From Iphione sp. A-MEVVRFRX5 (Eukaryota): a DNA stretch of 64,000 nucleotides. Shown here piece after piece: positions 1 through 13,071 of this stretch (positions are counted from its first letter, which is position 1; each line of letters begins with the position of its first letter). A program made the translations under genes and the position numbers. Location of the stretch: positions 62,310,001-62,374,000 of the forward strand of contig OZ320321.1 of the NCBI GenBank assembly GCA_976226885.1, read 5' to 3'. The notes under the pieces were generated by a model, which was not told the origin of the DNA, made no database searches, and worked only from the letters and a program-made list of their open reading frames with translations.

Positions 1-497
1 TACCATTTTCTGGACGAGTTTGCCTGATATTTGCATTTTTTCAGGTCTTTTTGCATATTTTTGGGCTTATTCCCAGCCTGCATGGAGTGGTGGGGTCTGG
101 GTGTCCTGCTTGTTCAATGATTGGCCTGCACAGACAAGGTGGCAGATAGGGGAGGTCTGGGCACATGGGGATAATTTCTAAACTGTTTGGAGTGGTCCTT
201 CTGATGTCCACACAGAGAGTGGTGGGTCTGGAAGGTTCGCATGCACGGGGATAGCATTTAACAAGCGGTGCATTATACACAACATGATGCAATCTATATG
301 CAAATTATGACCTTGCTTTTAATGAAAGATATTTCAGTTATAGATGACACAAAGCACAGGTAAGTTTGTTATTCTGACCCTAATGACCACCATGACATAC
401 ATACGTTTAGGCGCCTTCGGTAGTTTTTACCGGGTAGAATCGCTATGCAGGCTCTCAGTCGTCCACAGAGAGGACATTGTTTGTGGAAGGGGCGATG

Positions 498-505
<8 letters not shown>

Positions 506-570
<65 letters not shown>
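506..570. repeat. (GA)n microsatellite followed by short (TA)n
   Basis: Uninterrupted AG/GA dinucleotide run of ~32 units, read directly from the sequence. Confidence 0.98.
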
Positions 571-574
<4 letters not shown>

Positions 575-3500
575 ATATATGTATATATATACAACATGGC
601 TGCCGACCTGTCTGTGAGGGGGCAGTGATCGGGAGATCAGCAGCACAGTCATGACGCCTGGAGTGTTTGTTCTCATCGCAAATATGTTTGCGGAAGGGCC
701 GCACGGGCGACACCTCCGCTAATCCGCCGGCGGAAATTAAAGCAAGAAGAATAAGCGACGGAATACATAAAGCACATATAACCCTCCCTCGTCGAAGTGC
801 GAGCAAACAAAAGCGCCGCAGTATGACTCTTATTAATGGGTATAAGGAGTGTAGTTTCCGGAGCCAGTGCAGATAGAGGCAGTGACCTGGAACGTCTGGG
901 GCTAAGGCTTTTAAGCATGCGACGCTTGCTCTTTGTTCATCTCCCCTATTCTTCATGACTACCAGCAAAATGTCTGAATTAAGCCCCACCCCCCTGCTCG
1001 AACGCCATATTTTAGAAAGTCAGAAATGTCTTCAGGAAATGATTACTTAAAAAGGGATAACCACAATGAACAAAAAAACAAGTCAGCCGAGGCTTACGTA
1101 GAACATCCGTTCATTATGAGTGAAGACTGAAAGGGGTGGAGGATTAATGCCAGTTTTCACCGTCCATGCGTTTTATGTGGTTGTATTTTCATAGACGCAG
1201 GCAACCGTTTTCATATTATTTGATTCACATGCAAGGTATAACGATACAAGTACAGGAGCAACCAGTCACTGTCAATGCTGCTCCATATCAAATAAAAACC
1301 TCCTCCCGATTGCCAAAAGTCAGTAAAATATAGGAACATCTTTATGATCATGAAATCCATAAGTTGCGCCGGATTCTTTATAGGTCAGTCTGTGATTGTT
1401 TTTTACACTGGCTTTTATCTACTATAGATATGTCTCCTTACAAACACATATATATGCTTGTACATGCAGTACATATGTATGTGCAGCACACTGATATCTA
1501 TACACACTTATATAGGCACACATAATGTAACATAAAGATGTACATGTACATAGATTAACCCATGACATATTTTGATATATATGCATACATCTACGTATTA
1601 ATGGCATGCAAGTATTAAGGATATATAGGTACATATGTTTTCTGCATATAATCTATATCAGCAACGTTCCCTATGTTTTGTATTTCTCAATATATCACGG
1701 CATCTATCAGTATTTTCATCCCTCCCTACGTCTCATGGCCAATTCCTTCCCTCCCTTCAATGGAGGGGGGGGGGAGTAAGGTCTCTCATCTGACTGGCTA
1801 CTTCACTGACATTTACACACTTGTTGATCTCAAAAATCAATAGATTATACCCTTTCGTAGGGAACGGCCTATTGATTTGGGGCCAAGTTTGTTTTTCCAT
1901 CGACTGACTGAGCCCGCCAGGCGTGTCCTTGACACAGCTGTTTGCCAACAAAGGTACTCCAGCGCAGTAGTGCATGAGTCGGCGCTGATGACGCAGGCAC
2001 ACAACATCGACGTTCACCCCCCCCCCCCCGCCCGCCCCTGAAACTCGAGAGAGAAATTACATTTAAATGATGTCCTTTAGTTTCATTACGGGACAGATGG
2101 AATACAAACTCGATTCTGTGAACAGTAAGGTTATTCATTAAACTGATGTATTACAGCTATTCAACAGGCGTATGAAGCGGTGGATTCTAAAGGCTATAGA
2201 ACGCAAATGGAATAGTCATGTGCATGTACATACGTTTTTTTTTAAATATCATTTTTGTGCTTAGTTGACCTGTTGCACTATTTTTACCTGCTTTTTAACA
2301 TTCTACGTGGACTACCGCAAATAAGTGTACGGGGCCCTTAGGAGAGGTTTCTGTGTTTTGCAGTCAGGTGTCACTATTCTTTCCAGTTTCTCCGGAACTA
2401 CAGAGGACATATCCAATTGTTATCATGACTAAAATTACCAGAATTCATTATCTCGTCAAGCACTAATTGCAAAACAGTCTGCCCTTATCCCTTGTGGGCG
2501 AACGAGGAGAGAAATTGTAACTGCAGAAATCGTAAGTGCCGACTCTCACCGGGCTCATATTTAACAACATTCTACAAAAGGGGGTCTTTTTCTTTTCTAC
2601 CTAACTATACAAATCAAATACCATACAGCATTAACACTTTTTATATAGTATGCATGCAGTAAGTTGCTACATCCACTATCAGACCGAATCGATTAGTCCT
2701 ACTATAAGTTTTGATAATCTCTCAGGATAGTCAGTGTTCAGTCAATCCGATGAGACCAAGGAAAAGGGCATCTTGTTCTTACTCTCTTTGTTGTATTTAT
2801 GAATGAAATTATACTGTAGCACGGGTTTATCATAACCAAAATGAGCCACATTTTTATAAGAATCTTTATCTACACTGGAAAGCATATACATATAGTATGT
2901 AAATCCATTATTCCCTCTGTAAAAACATAACATTCAAATGTCATGTAATTATAAGAAAAATTACACTTAGCATTAATCACTAGGATCGGCTATGAATACG
3001 TTTGATAGTAAGTTTGTATAACAGAAATATTTCTAATCTTATAAAAATAATGGCCCCGCCAATGTAAGTACCATTAAGATACACTTCAATCCACACCAGC
3101 GCACCTTCAATGCACGCCATTATTAACAGGGCCTGTACTTAAAACAACTGAATACCATTGTATCTCACAATTCGACTAAATACTAGAACTATCTTCAGAC
3201 CACGCAATAAACAAGCTATCCGATGGCATCACAGCATATGAAACTAAAGGTAGATTATCGAGAAATCCTCTGATGAACATGGAAAAAGACGGCCACAGCC
3301 CAGGAAAGGACAAAGGGAAGGCAGTACAAGACAGCAGAAGAATCGGGCAGCAATACCAAACACGATTCAATGGGACCCCCTCCTTAGGAGGAATACTGGA
3401 TGAAATGAGAAGAGTAGTAAATGATCAGTTCGAAGAAGATATCGCTTGATATCCAAACCACGTTTAAAGCAATGGCCCAGACAATCAAAGAGACAGTCTT

Positions 3501-6500
3501 GCTAAGGTCCTGTTTCCATGTGTGCAGATGGGTGCAGATGCGTTTCCATGCATTTTTTAGAGCATGCTGATTTCAATGTGGGATGCTTCATACATGTATG
3601 ATGGTGCAGGTGCGTATCCTTGCATATCATTTTGTATGTATTTTCTAACATGTCCGATAATGTCATGCACACCAGAATGCCCCCAGAGGCTCCTGGTTGT
3701 GTTCGTTGTATGAAAACTAGCAAATTCACCGCAGAAAACATTATTTTGTACATGTCTGTACATGTATGCACATGTTCCTGTCACACTCACCACTTTCCAT
3801 ACTATTTTCTATCAATTTCATTGGTTTTTGCAACTTTTCATTTTTCAAATTATTTTTTTCTTACTTTTCATACACCCCTATGCAGGACCCTGCAGGAAAA
3901 CAAAAACACAGGTTGGTGGCCATGGACTGGTCCCACAGGTAAATAAACTGGGCCTAATGGATGGTCATATCAACAAAAAAGAACCTCTGAAATAAGAAAT
4001 TGTTCACACTGAAAGTTGAAGTAGTATCAGTTCAAACTGAAAGCTGAAGTAGTATCAGAACTACACATCGCCTCAAAAATCTTGACTATATCCCTGGACA
4101 AGGACATTCTCAGAAACAATATGTATTTCGATTGTCTATTCAAATCACTGGGGGCTCAGCTGAAACGAGGAGACACCGACGATGCCTGCAGACCTGTCCG
4201 AAGAGACAAACAAGGTAAAAGACCTTCAAAGACTAAAAAGGAAGGATATATGGCTGGAGACAGCCAATGAAACACGCATGAGACAAGACCTAAAAGCAGT
4301 GGCTAAACACGTTACGCAACTGGCAGCTTTGAGAGGCGTAAAACGTAAGAGGGAACCGCGTTGAAACCGGTAAAAAAAATTGTGTCCACATGAGGGTCTA
4401 TATATTTTGCCACACAAATACAGCTTAGCTTCTGCTAGACAGCGAGAGCTAGAGAATATGACGGCGTTCCTTTGACAGGGGGCTGTTTTCTCTGACTTGA
4501 CTGATTGTGAATTCAACTGGGGTGATACACAATTCACAAATGCCAAACAAACATTATATTTGGGCAATGACACGAAAGCAAGTGTCATAGCATATCTAAG
4601 AGACATAAGCCTGTTGGTGAAGATCAGGCGACAGATATCACATACATGTACTACGAGGTGGGAACAAGCACGGAAATCTATTATAAAATACATACTTGTT
4701 CATAAGATCACAGAAAAATCAGCAGATAAAGGACGAGCTTATGTTATCTGGCCCTAAGATATTGATCGTCATTTCTGGGGAGGTTGGCTTGATTTCCATT
4801 CTCTACTAATGAAGCAAGGTATGGCCAGTGGTAAGACACATAAAGTGCAAGCTGTTGGAGGAGATTAGATCTGAATCAAAAACAACAAATCACCATCAAC
4901 AGTGTACATGTGGTATGCTACTCTTAGAAAAAGAAGATAATTATAGTATTGCCACAGGTTAAATAATGGAAAGAGCACTGATCGGTAGAACTAGAAATAT
5001 AAAGGAGCTTAATGAAATAATTAATATTACAGATGTGTTACTCATTACCAAGTCTAAGCCCCCATTACGACCATGGAATATACCGAGAGGATTTGTACAA
5101 GAACACAAGGAAAACGTCCACTATCATGCAAATGCAACAATGGAAATGTTTGAACAAATCGATGATACATCGCTCTGAAACATTCTGGTAGCGCCTGCAA
5201 ACAGTGTTCACGCATCTGTCTCCCAGGCAATTCTGGTAAGTATTAAAGAAAATAACGAAGGCAATACATATAACTAATGCCAACTTCCTAGTACCATACC
5301 CTTAATAACAGATGGGTGTTGCCCTGAAAACAATATTAGAACAATGAAAGTACAACATCCATAAAGGGTGTTACCCTGAATGAATTCTTCTAGCAGGACA
5401 CCAATATACCCGTAACGGGGTGTTACTACATGGAATGAGTTATTTAAGGAAAGCTATCTATTCCATCTACTAACCATTCTACACAGCCATAGAATGCCTG
5501 CAAAAGGCTAGGTTATTACTTCGAATATTTGCTCATTGTATCGTAACATGTCGTCGAGCTGACGAGTCGTCCAGCCCTGATATAGAGAGATGCTGTGTAA
5601 AGTAACCAATGCCAATACAGAAAAAAAATCTGGTTCACTCCATGTGCAGTAATTCTGCTGGGTCTAACTCTCTTCAAGTGTAGTGAGAGAAAACCTCGTG
5701 TTGTAACACTCACAATGTACTATATTATTTTGCAATCTCTTAATTGATCCAATCGTCTGACCAACTACTTTCAAACCATCTGACCAGGACATCATCGAAC
5801 GAGACGTTGGAACTCAAACACATCTGACCCTGACATCAGACTACAGGTCCAACACCACCCATCCGCTACAGTATGTGAGCACATCACCCTTGACTAACAA
5901 GGAAACTAGTATGTACTGACATAAGCATATTCGCTGTATATAACATTCCAGTGTAAATATATAGTTAAGAATTGTCATTTTATATTCCATTTCATAACGA
6001 TCTTGAAAGTGTTAATACGACGATGGCCTTTTGGAGAGTACAGTTTGGATTATAGTGAAATGATCGGGAAATTTTCTATGACGGCGGCATATTTCAGTGT
6101 AAACCAGCAGAATGATGGATGGCATGCCGTTTTATACCTGTTTGAGAAGTAATTTTAATTCAAATAGGAATATCTTTTCTCAGCTTTCAGCTGCCCCACT
6201 TTCGGTTCCTATCAAGATCATCTTATTGTATCAATTCATGTTTCTCACAGTAAAATCTGTTTTTATAAACCATTTACATTTACAAACAACATACACTACA
6301 TTGTACATCATTCCCGCTGGAATAAATAACCAGAAAATGAATCACTACAGTAAAATCAATCGTAGGGTCAAGAAAAGGCCGCCTAAGGCTGATAGCCCAT
6401 TAGAAAGTATTTTACACCGAAACCCTGAAAGACTAGATACTAGTATCACTCATACAGTCACCACTTTGCACAATAATCAACTTTTATATCATGATATATT

Positions 6501-6604
6501 TCCAGTTCAGATCTTCCTCCTTGAAGACTTCACGAATATTATGATTACTATAATTTTATTAAGTGCTTCAAGAGAGTAGGATTAAAATTGTCTTTGGTAA
6601 AAAA

Positions 6605-6862
6605 AGGTTATATTTAGGATAAATATATAACATCAGATAGTTCTAGAAGGTTACATTCAGGATAAATATATAACATCAGATAGTTCTAGAAGGTTACATT
6701 CAGGATAAATATATAACATCAGATAGTTATAGAAGGTTACATTCAGGATAAATATATAACATCAGATAGTTATAGAAGGTTACATTCAGGATAAATATAT
6801 AACATCAGATAGTTATAGAAGGTCACATTCAGGATAAATATATAACATCAGATAGTTCTAGA
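6605..6862. repeat. 43-bp minisatellite, 6 head-to-tail copies
   Basis: Unit AGGTTACATTCAGGATAAATATATAACATCAGATAGTT(C/A)TAGA repeated six times with few substitutions and no spacers. Confidence 0.95.
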
Positions 6863-9303
6863 GTCGCACACAGAATGGTATATTATTGGAAAAGGGTAGT
6901 TACCATATTTGCAATCTTAATTAAAAGGTCCGCGGTCTTTGACAGCTGAACCAGCTGAACTCAGGTTTTACTGTTCTTCGAGGAGTCTTTTCATGTGATT
7001 GTCCGAGAAATGTCTCAGAGGTCCTAGGCAAAAAAATCTGTATTTGGTAAGACGTCAGACCCAGACGTTTTAATTAGCAGACAAGAAACCTGAGTTGCCC
7101 TTTAACCCTTTTCTGACTGGGATAAGTGAAGTTTTGAGCACTGGGAATGGTTGTTTCCTATATCATGTTAAGCTGTATGATTTAATACTCTAGTTATTTT
7201 CTAATGTTGTATATTAAAAGGAAGGCCTTGAATTACATGTTCCTTTGAAAATATTTTTACATGATTTATTTGGTTACCATGGCAACCAGGCATCATTGAA
7301 AATAAGGTAGAAATTAGAGAATTTACATCAAATTTACCTTGATTTCCATTACTGGTAGGTAAACATTGAAAAATATTGCTCCTAATAGAAAATGTTCCAT
7401 TACAAAAGTGTTCAGGAAGTGATTTCAAGTGTTTTGATACCTAATTTGTCCATGTATGTGATTTGAAACACATTTTGTCATGACCTGTAAGTATACATGT
7501 TTTGTGCAAAACAGTGCATCACCATATGCATCAGCATCACTAATGCATCATGGGATATGTGACAAAGAGAAATAATCATAATTGGTCAAAGAATACTGGT
7601 GAAATATGACTGGTTACCAAATAAATTATGAATTTCATCACCACTTTTTGGACAAAAATTAAGAACAGGCAGCCTTTATCACATAAAAGTAATATAAAAT
7701 ATTCAAAATAATTATCTAATAATTATATGTAGTTTCACCTTAATAAATAAGATTATAGGATTATATGCTGTATGATTAGTATTATTCCCACCAATGATTC
7801 ATCAAGAACTTCCAGTAAGCTGAAGGAATAAGCACTCTTTTTGTTTCAGGAGAACAACTTGAGAAAATAACATTAATTTATCAGTTATTTAGTGTTTTAA
7901 GATATATTTGTATTAATATGTCTATGAACATATGCAAATATGCTAATTTTTCCATTTCTTATGGGTCATGTGACTGATTTTCCATGACAACCCACTATAT
8001 TTTCACAAAATTTCGAGGGAAAATGGATGGATGACAATATGATCTTGTATTGTGCCAAAAATAAAACAAATCCATCAAATATTAGTTACCTCACCCTTGG
8101 CTTGAGTATCATCGATCACCAGTGATCGATTTAACACTGGCGGTCAGGACTGGTCACTTGGTGGTTTTCTACCTTTGCCTCACCTACTTTTTTCATCCAT
8201 GTAACTGACTAAATGGAGAGAGACTGTGTTAAATGTAAAGTGTACACATAAAAGTCTAAAAGTGTGATCTAGCTATATACTAAAAGAGAGAGACTTTTGT
8301 CATAACTAGGCAAGCCACAAGATGCTTTATATCGGCGTGTGATTATTTTTCATTTGTTGTCAATGGGGGGGGGGCAGAATGATAAGGATATCATACAAAA
8401 TATTCAGACACCTACATCTTACAAATAGTCTGGGTTAATTAAGATCTTTCGAGAATGACAAGTGATTCTTCTGGATATAATGTTAATCCCATAAGAATGA
8501 TTGTCTGTCTATTAACCCTAAGGTGATGAAGGTTACTCTGGGGATTAAAATATAACCTCTCCTGAGGTCATCAAGAGATATTTGTCATTTAGCAGGAAAA
8601 ACATGGTCTCCTGATTTGCCACTTGCCGATTATAACAAATCAAGTGTGCATATACATGCACATTGAATTTTTCTATGTGATACCGAGTAGGGCGAACATT
8701 GAATGGGGTGTCTTGTAGCGAAGGTGTCTAGAGAGTATGAGATCCGTGATTAATACTTCCATCTCACAACCTAAGTATACGTGTTTTTCAATTCCACATA
8801 GAGGAGTCCAAGCAGACTACTGGAAAATCTAAATCGATTTAACTGAAACACAAGAATTTTATTTAACCACTAGCAGGCCGGCTGTTGAAACAAAATTCAC
8901 TTTATCTGCCTAAAAGAATCGGTGAATTCGGACACAGATCTTAAAGTTGTCGAAATGTTGATGACGGGACGGGAAAAGGTTAGATTAGTATAAAAAGTCA
9001 TACGTGTGCACACTTAGTGTGAGGAAATGAAAGCCCGATGCAGTTTATTTTATGGATAATAAGATTCTTCTATATATATTCCGGAGACAACAGTTATGCA
9101 ATCACTGGGGTTTATTGGCCAAAAGGCTTTTCAACTGGTTGTAGCAGAGTTCTTTTGTTTCCGCAGTATTAGCAGGTCTATAAGAGTGCAGTATCTTAAA
9201 TTGTATCAGAGCAAGTCATGTTACTGTTCCATCAAGGTGCCCCATTAGTGTGACGTGAGTAACGAATTAGGAATGAAGGAATCATTATTTCTGTCAATTA
9301 TCT

Positions 9304-9650
9304 TAGGCCAAAAAAATAGATGTGTTTCCGGTAACCCACCCCTACCTAGTAAAACCTCACCCTACCTAAAAAATTGTTGGCCCCAAGGAGTTCCAAAGGC
9401 TGAATTTTCTTAGATATGTGTTTTTTACGATGCATATTTGCAGTAAACTCAGTAGAAAAACAACAAAATCCATAGAAATTCAATAAAAAAATCTGTAAGA
9501 TTGGTAAACTGCAGATTGGTCAAAATTCTTCATATTATCTTTATTATTGAAAATGAGAGGAAGAAAGTGGGAAAAATTCTTTTAAAAAGTTACCCCCTCC
9601 CAACCTAGGTTTTTGCTTGGACGTTTCCAGAAACACACCTATTTGTTGGT
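9304..9650 (+). mobile_element. MITE family A, copy 1 (~340 bp, long TIRs)
   Basis: TIR GGCCAAAAAAATAG(G/A)TGTGTTTC(C/T)GG ... CCAGAAACACACCTATTT; the body is homologous to 41822-42136 (reverse) and 60187-60445. Confidence 0.8.
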
Positions 9651-9992
9651 GTTATATGACTTTCTCTAAGAATAACCTTGTCATATGATTTACCTGGTAC
9701 ATGTATATATAAGGCTGTACTTTTCCTGAATAAACATTTTCTCATGCACACTACAAGAGAGTTTCACCCAGCAGAGTTCTGCAGATGGCGTGAGCCAGAT
9801 ATTTTTGTGTGAAATTTATTTATCATACCGTCCACTGCCCATCAAGACCAGGTTTATGTTACATGGAAAAGGACAGACCATAGAAGGACCCATGGTAAGG
9901 GAATAAAAAAAGGTACGCCTTGATGAAAGGAAGAACATTCATCAATCTTTGTAGGGTACAACAATCAGGGAATAAACTGTCATAAAGCCATC

Positions 9993-10174
9993 TACAGTTG
10001 AATCTCTATTTGCGACCACATCGCTCTCTGACCATTCCTGCTATTACGACCAATACAGCTGGGCACAAAAGTTAGGTTTCTTTGGTTAATAATAATCTTT
10101 TTATGACCAAATTTGCCATTACGACCAGTTGAGCTTGGTCCGAAGGGGTGGTAGCAAATAAAAACTCCACTGTA
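9993..10174. mobile_element. Tc1/mariner (Tigger/pogo-like) MITE
   Basis: TA-CAGTTGAATCTCTATTTGCGACCAC ... GTGGTAGCAAATAAAAACTCCACTG-TA terminal inverted repeats with a TA duplication. Confidence 0.75.
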
Positions 10175-10560
10175 TATTGACCCCCGAGGATTTTAATCAT
10201 GCAGCAGTTTCCATTAAACAGGTATAGGTCAATAAATCTGAGACCTTTAAACTTGTTGATGTTAATTTAGTTATTTCAAAGTCTTTATCGTTGTGTAAAC
10301 CACTTAAGCTCGGCTAGGTATCTGGGGCCTTGCTGTGAATTTAGATGAATTGTAGCTCTTGGCCTATAAGCACAAACTGTTTTTACTTGTCGTGTCCAGC
10401 ATCGTGCCTGGGTAGCAGCCCTCTGCTCATATAAATGCCCGTGCAAGGAATTTCCATGGGTAACTGGCCCCTCGGTAGGCCCCACCGCTCCATAATTAAA
10501 ACTCTTCCTGGGCAATAAGTCACCTTGAGGGTGCCTTAAGGGGCAGCGATCTATGCCTCA

Positions 10561-10680
10561 TATGCGCCAATATGGCCCTTCACGACCCTTGATTATCGCT
10601 CACTCCGCCGGACGCCAATATCAGCGTCTTCCCCGGCTGCACGGGGGCCGCCTTTCGCGCGACTATAAAAGGTTCTCTAC
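10561..10680 (+). promoter_or_regulatory. Putative Pol II core promoter (2x CCAAT + TATA)
   Basis: GCGCCAATAT (CCAAT at 10567) and ACGCCAATAT (10615), a GC-rich spacer, then TATAAAAG at 10664-10671. Confidence 0.35.
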
Positions 10681-11153
10681 GCAAAGCTATCTCACATTTT
10701 TATTATGGCGGCCCGACGTCTCAACGAGTCAATGTCTATTTTTCAGCCCTACCAATGGCTCTGGAAAGTTAATTTCAATTGTTTTCCGATCCATGGAAGA
10801 GCTAATGGATGAGTTGGTTCGTTGGTCTTTCTAGCTTCCCTTTATTCCATTTTGCTGAGATCTTGCTTCTGCAAAAACGTACATGCCAGATTGAATGAAG
10901 TATAACTGGAGGTTAAGTGAATTTAAGTGCCAAGTGTTTGTACTTTCTCTTTCAAAGTAGTGTTGTATTGGTGGTTAATGGAGCCGAGCCAGTGACTCGC
11001 CACATACATAGTATATCCCCCCCCCAAAAAAATATATATATATATCCTGTGTGTGGTACATGCAATTGGAAGTGCTTGGTATGAATTACGAGTCGCAATT
11101 TGCTCCATGAGATTTGACACATTACTAGAAGGTAGTCAACAATTCGTATGTTA

Positions 11154-11303
11154 CAGGCCCATAGCCAGGACCCAGGGGGTTTACCCCAGAGTTGGAACAC
11201 CTGCTGACCATCTCTATGCACATGTATAGGTACTGATTTCTGTTAGGGGGCGGGGGGGGGGGGTTCAGACGATACCTCCGATACCACCGTGGATACGGTC
11301 CTG
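11154..11303. mobile_element. MITE family B, short copy
   Basis: Termini CAGGCCCATAGCCAGG ... GGATACGGTCCTG and subterminal GATACC..CGATACC motif are shared with 21671-22006. Confidence 0.55.
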
Positions 11304-11954
11304 CACTATTTGTCAGCATTGCGAATAACTTCTCTTGATGAAAAACAAAAAGCATATACAGAAAACGTTTCGCAGTATAGAGGATATTTGGCATTTGAAA
11401 TGAAAACATGATGGGCAGATGGATGATGATGGATGATCTTCACATTACTAACTCATATCATCACTTATTCACTCCATGACAACCTTATGGCACCACCTAG
11501 CATTCCTGAAAGGTATTATCTATTTCTTGAAAAGATAAGTCTGGACTTATACCTATCGCAGCTCGGAATACGGAATCCCCGTCTTCTACGCAAGTGACCC
11601 TTTAAAATGGCGATGCTTTAACATCATTCAGTAACATTACAAAACCCTCACGACGAGACAAGCTTTGCATTGGCCTGGTTTGTTATATCCTGTCAATGCA
11701 TATGCGGTTCTTGACGATTGTGGTCTTTATTGAGGTCTAGTCTCTCATATGACTTGGTTTCAACTAGGTTTGTACTCTCTGAACTTAAGAGACTGCTTGT
11801 GTGTACATGTACATGGATTATAATAGCCTATACCAATTGCTTTGTCTATTTGTTTTAACATTACATCAACGATGCAGCGGTTGACAAAATCCCCATACAC
11901 TTTAAAGACATCTTGGTATCCTTCTTTTTAGTTACCAGTGTGCTTCGCACGATT

Positions 11955-12123
11955 TCAGTTTCCCCGGATTTTCGGATGAAATTACCTCAGTTTCGACACT
12001 TTTTCAGACGAATTCACCTGAGTTTTCCGGATTTTCGGATGATTATGCCTGAGTTTTGATGACTTTTGGACGAATTCACCTGAGTTTTGATGGTATTTTG
12101 GTTGAAATTACCTGAGTTTTTGC
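11955..12123. repeat. Degenerate 31-32 bp minisatellite (~5-6 copies)
   Basis: CCT(G/C)AGTTT core recurs at 11985, 12017, 12048, 12079 and 12111. Confidence 0.8.
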
Positions 12124-13057
12124 TAAAATCTGATTATATTCACGAAAAGCGTAGCTTTGCGGCAAACTGGAAATAACAATCGTTCCCCCCAACCTTAAGT
12201 TTGCACGAAATCGAGGTAGGGGTACCAGGAGGAGTTCGGAATGTTACACAGAGTGTTGTCGAATAGAAATTTATTGACAAATATTAATGGAACCACATCA
12301 AAAAGATGCATTTATGATTTATTTAAGTTAATTCCATCTTGGGTTGATCTAAAATGGTCCAATCTCTCTCACTTTTAATGAGCAAAAATCGATTCGACAG
12401 GATTCCGCCATTTTGAATTGGCTTTTTCATGATGCATTTCCCAGCATACACTGAAGTCGAACTGGATTTTCTGGGACGATGCCTTTTTATATAAGGTAGG
12501 TAACAAAGGAACTTTATTTATTATTTGTTAAGACGCTTGGTTTGGCCTCAGAGCATAATTTCTCTTACTAGTATTATTCTTGAAAGCAGTATATATACAA
12601 GGAAACGTGAAAACATGGAGTTAGATATAGGGAGAGCAGTAACGTGATTAAACGTAATAAGACGACGTGTTTACTATAAAGTCTGGGCCATTGACCAGCG
12701 GAAATGCACAGACCTTTACAGAACTGTATCGCGCCAATATCATTCATTGACATTTAAATTTACGATATTATATGTACGCTTCGAATTCATGCAAACAATT
12801 GCGATTGTGACGTCTGATAATGGAATTTAATGCATAGTGCTCTTAATGATGATGCTCCTTCCTGCCATTTTTTTTCATCCTGAGCTGCAATTACAATACG
12901 AGCCTGGCTGTTGGCGGGAAAAACTGCAGACGACATTTCTGCCTGCCTGTGATGCGTCTGAGAGTGCACTTAAGCCGTGATCACGTACTTGCCAATGATC
13001 CGGAAAGATCATCTTGCCACAAGAACGGCAAACATGGAGGACGTGTGCCACTAGTCT

Positions 13058-13071
13058 CCACCAGGTGGCGC
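13058..13071 (+). promoter_or_regulatory. CTCF-like motif in a CpG-rich island
   Basis: CCACCAGGTGGCGC matches the bilaterian CTCF core consensus CCASYAGRKGGCRS. Confidence 0.5.

Noticed and set aside
344-989. ORFs of 69-206 aa around 344-989
   Set aside because: They are kept open by the stop-free (GA)n microsatellite (RERE/LSLS translations)
6605-6862. CRISPR-like array
   Set aside because: Units are contiguous with no unique spacers, there are no cas genes, and the context is eukaryotic
8111-8130. Perfect 9-bp hairpin ATCGATCAC-CA-GTGATCGAT
   Set aside because: Isolated short palindrome, plausible by chance or as a TE relic
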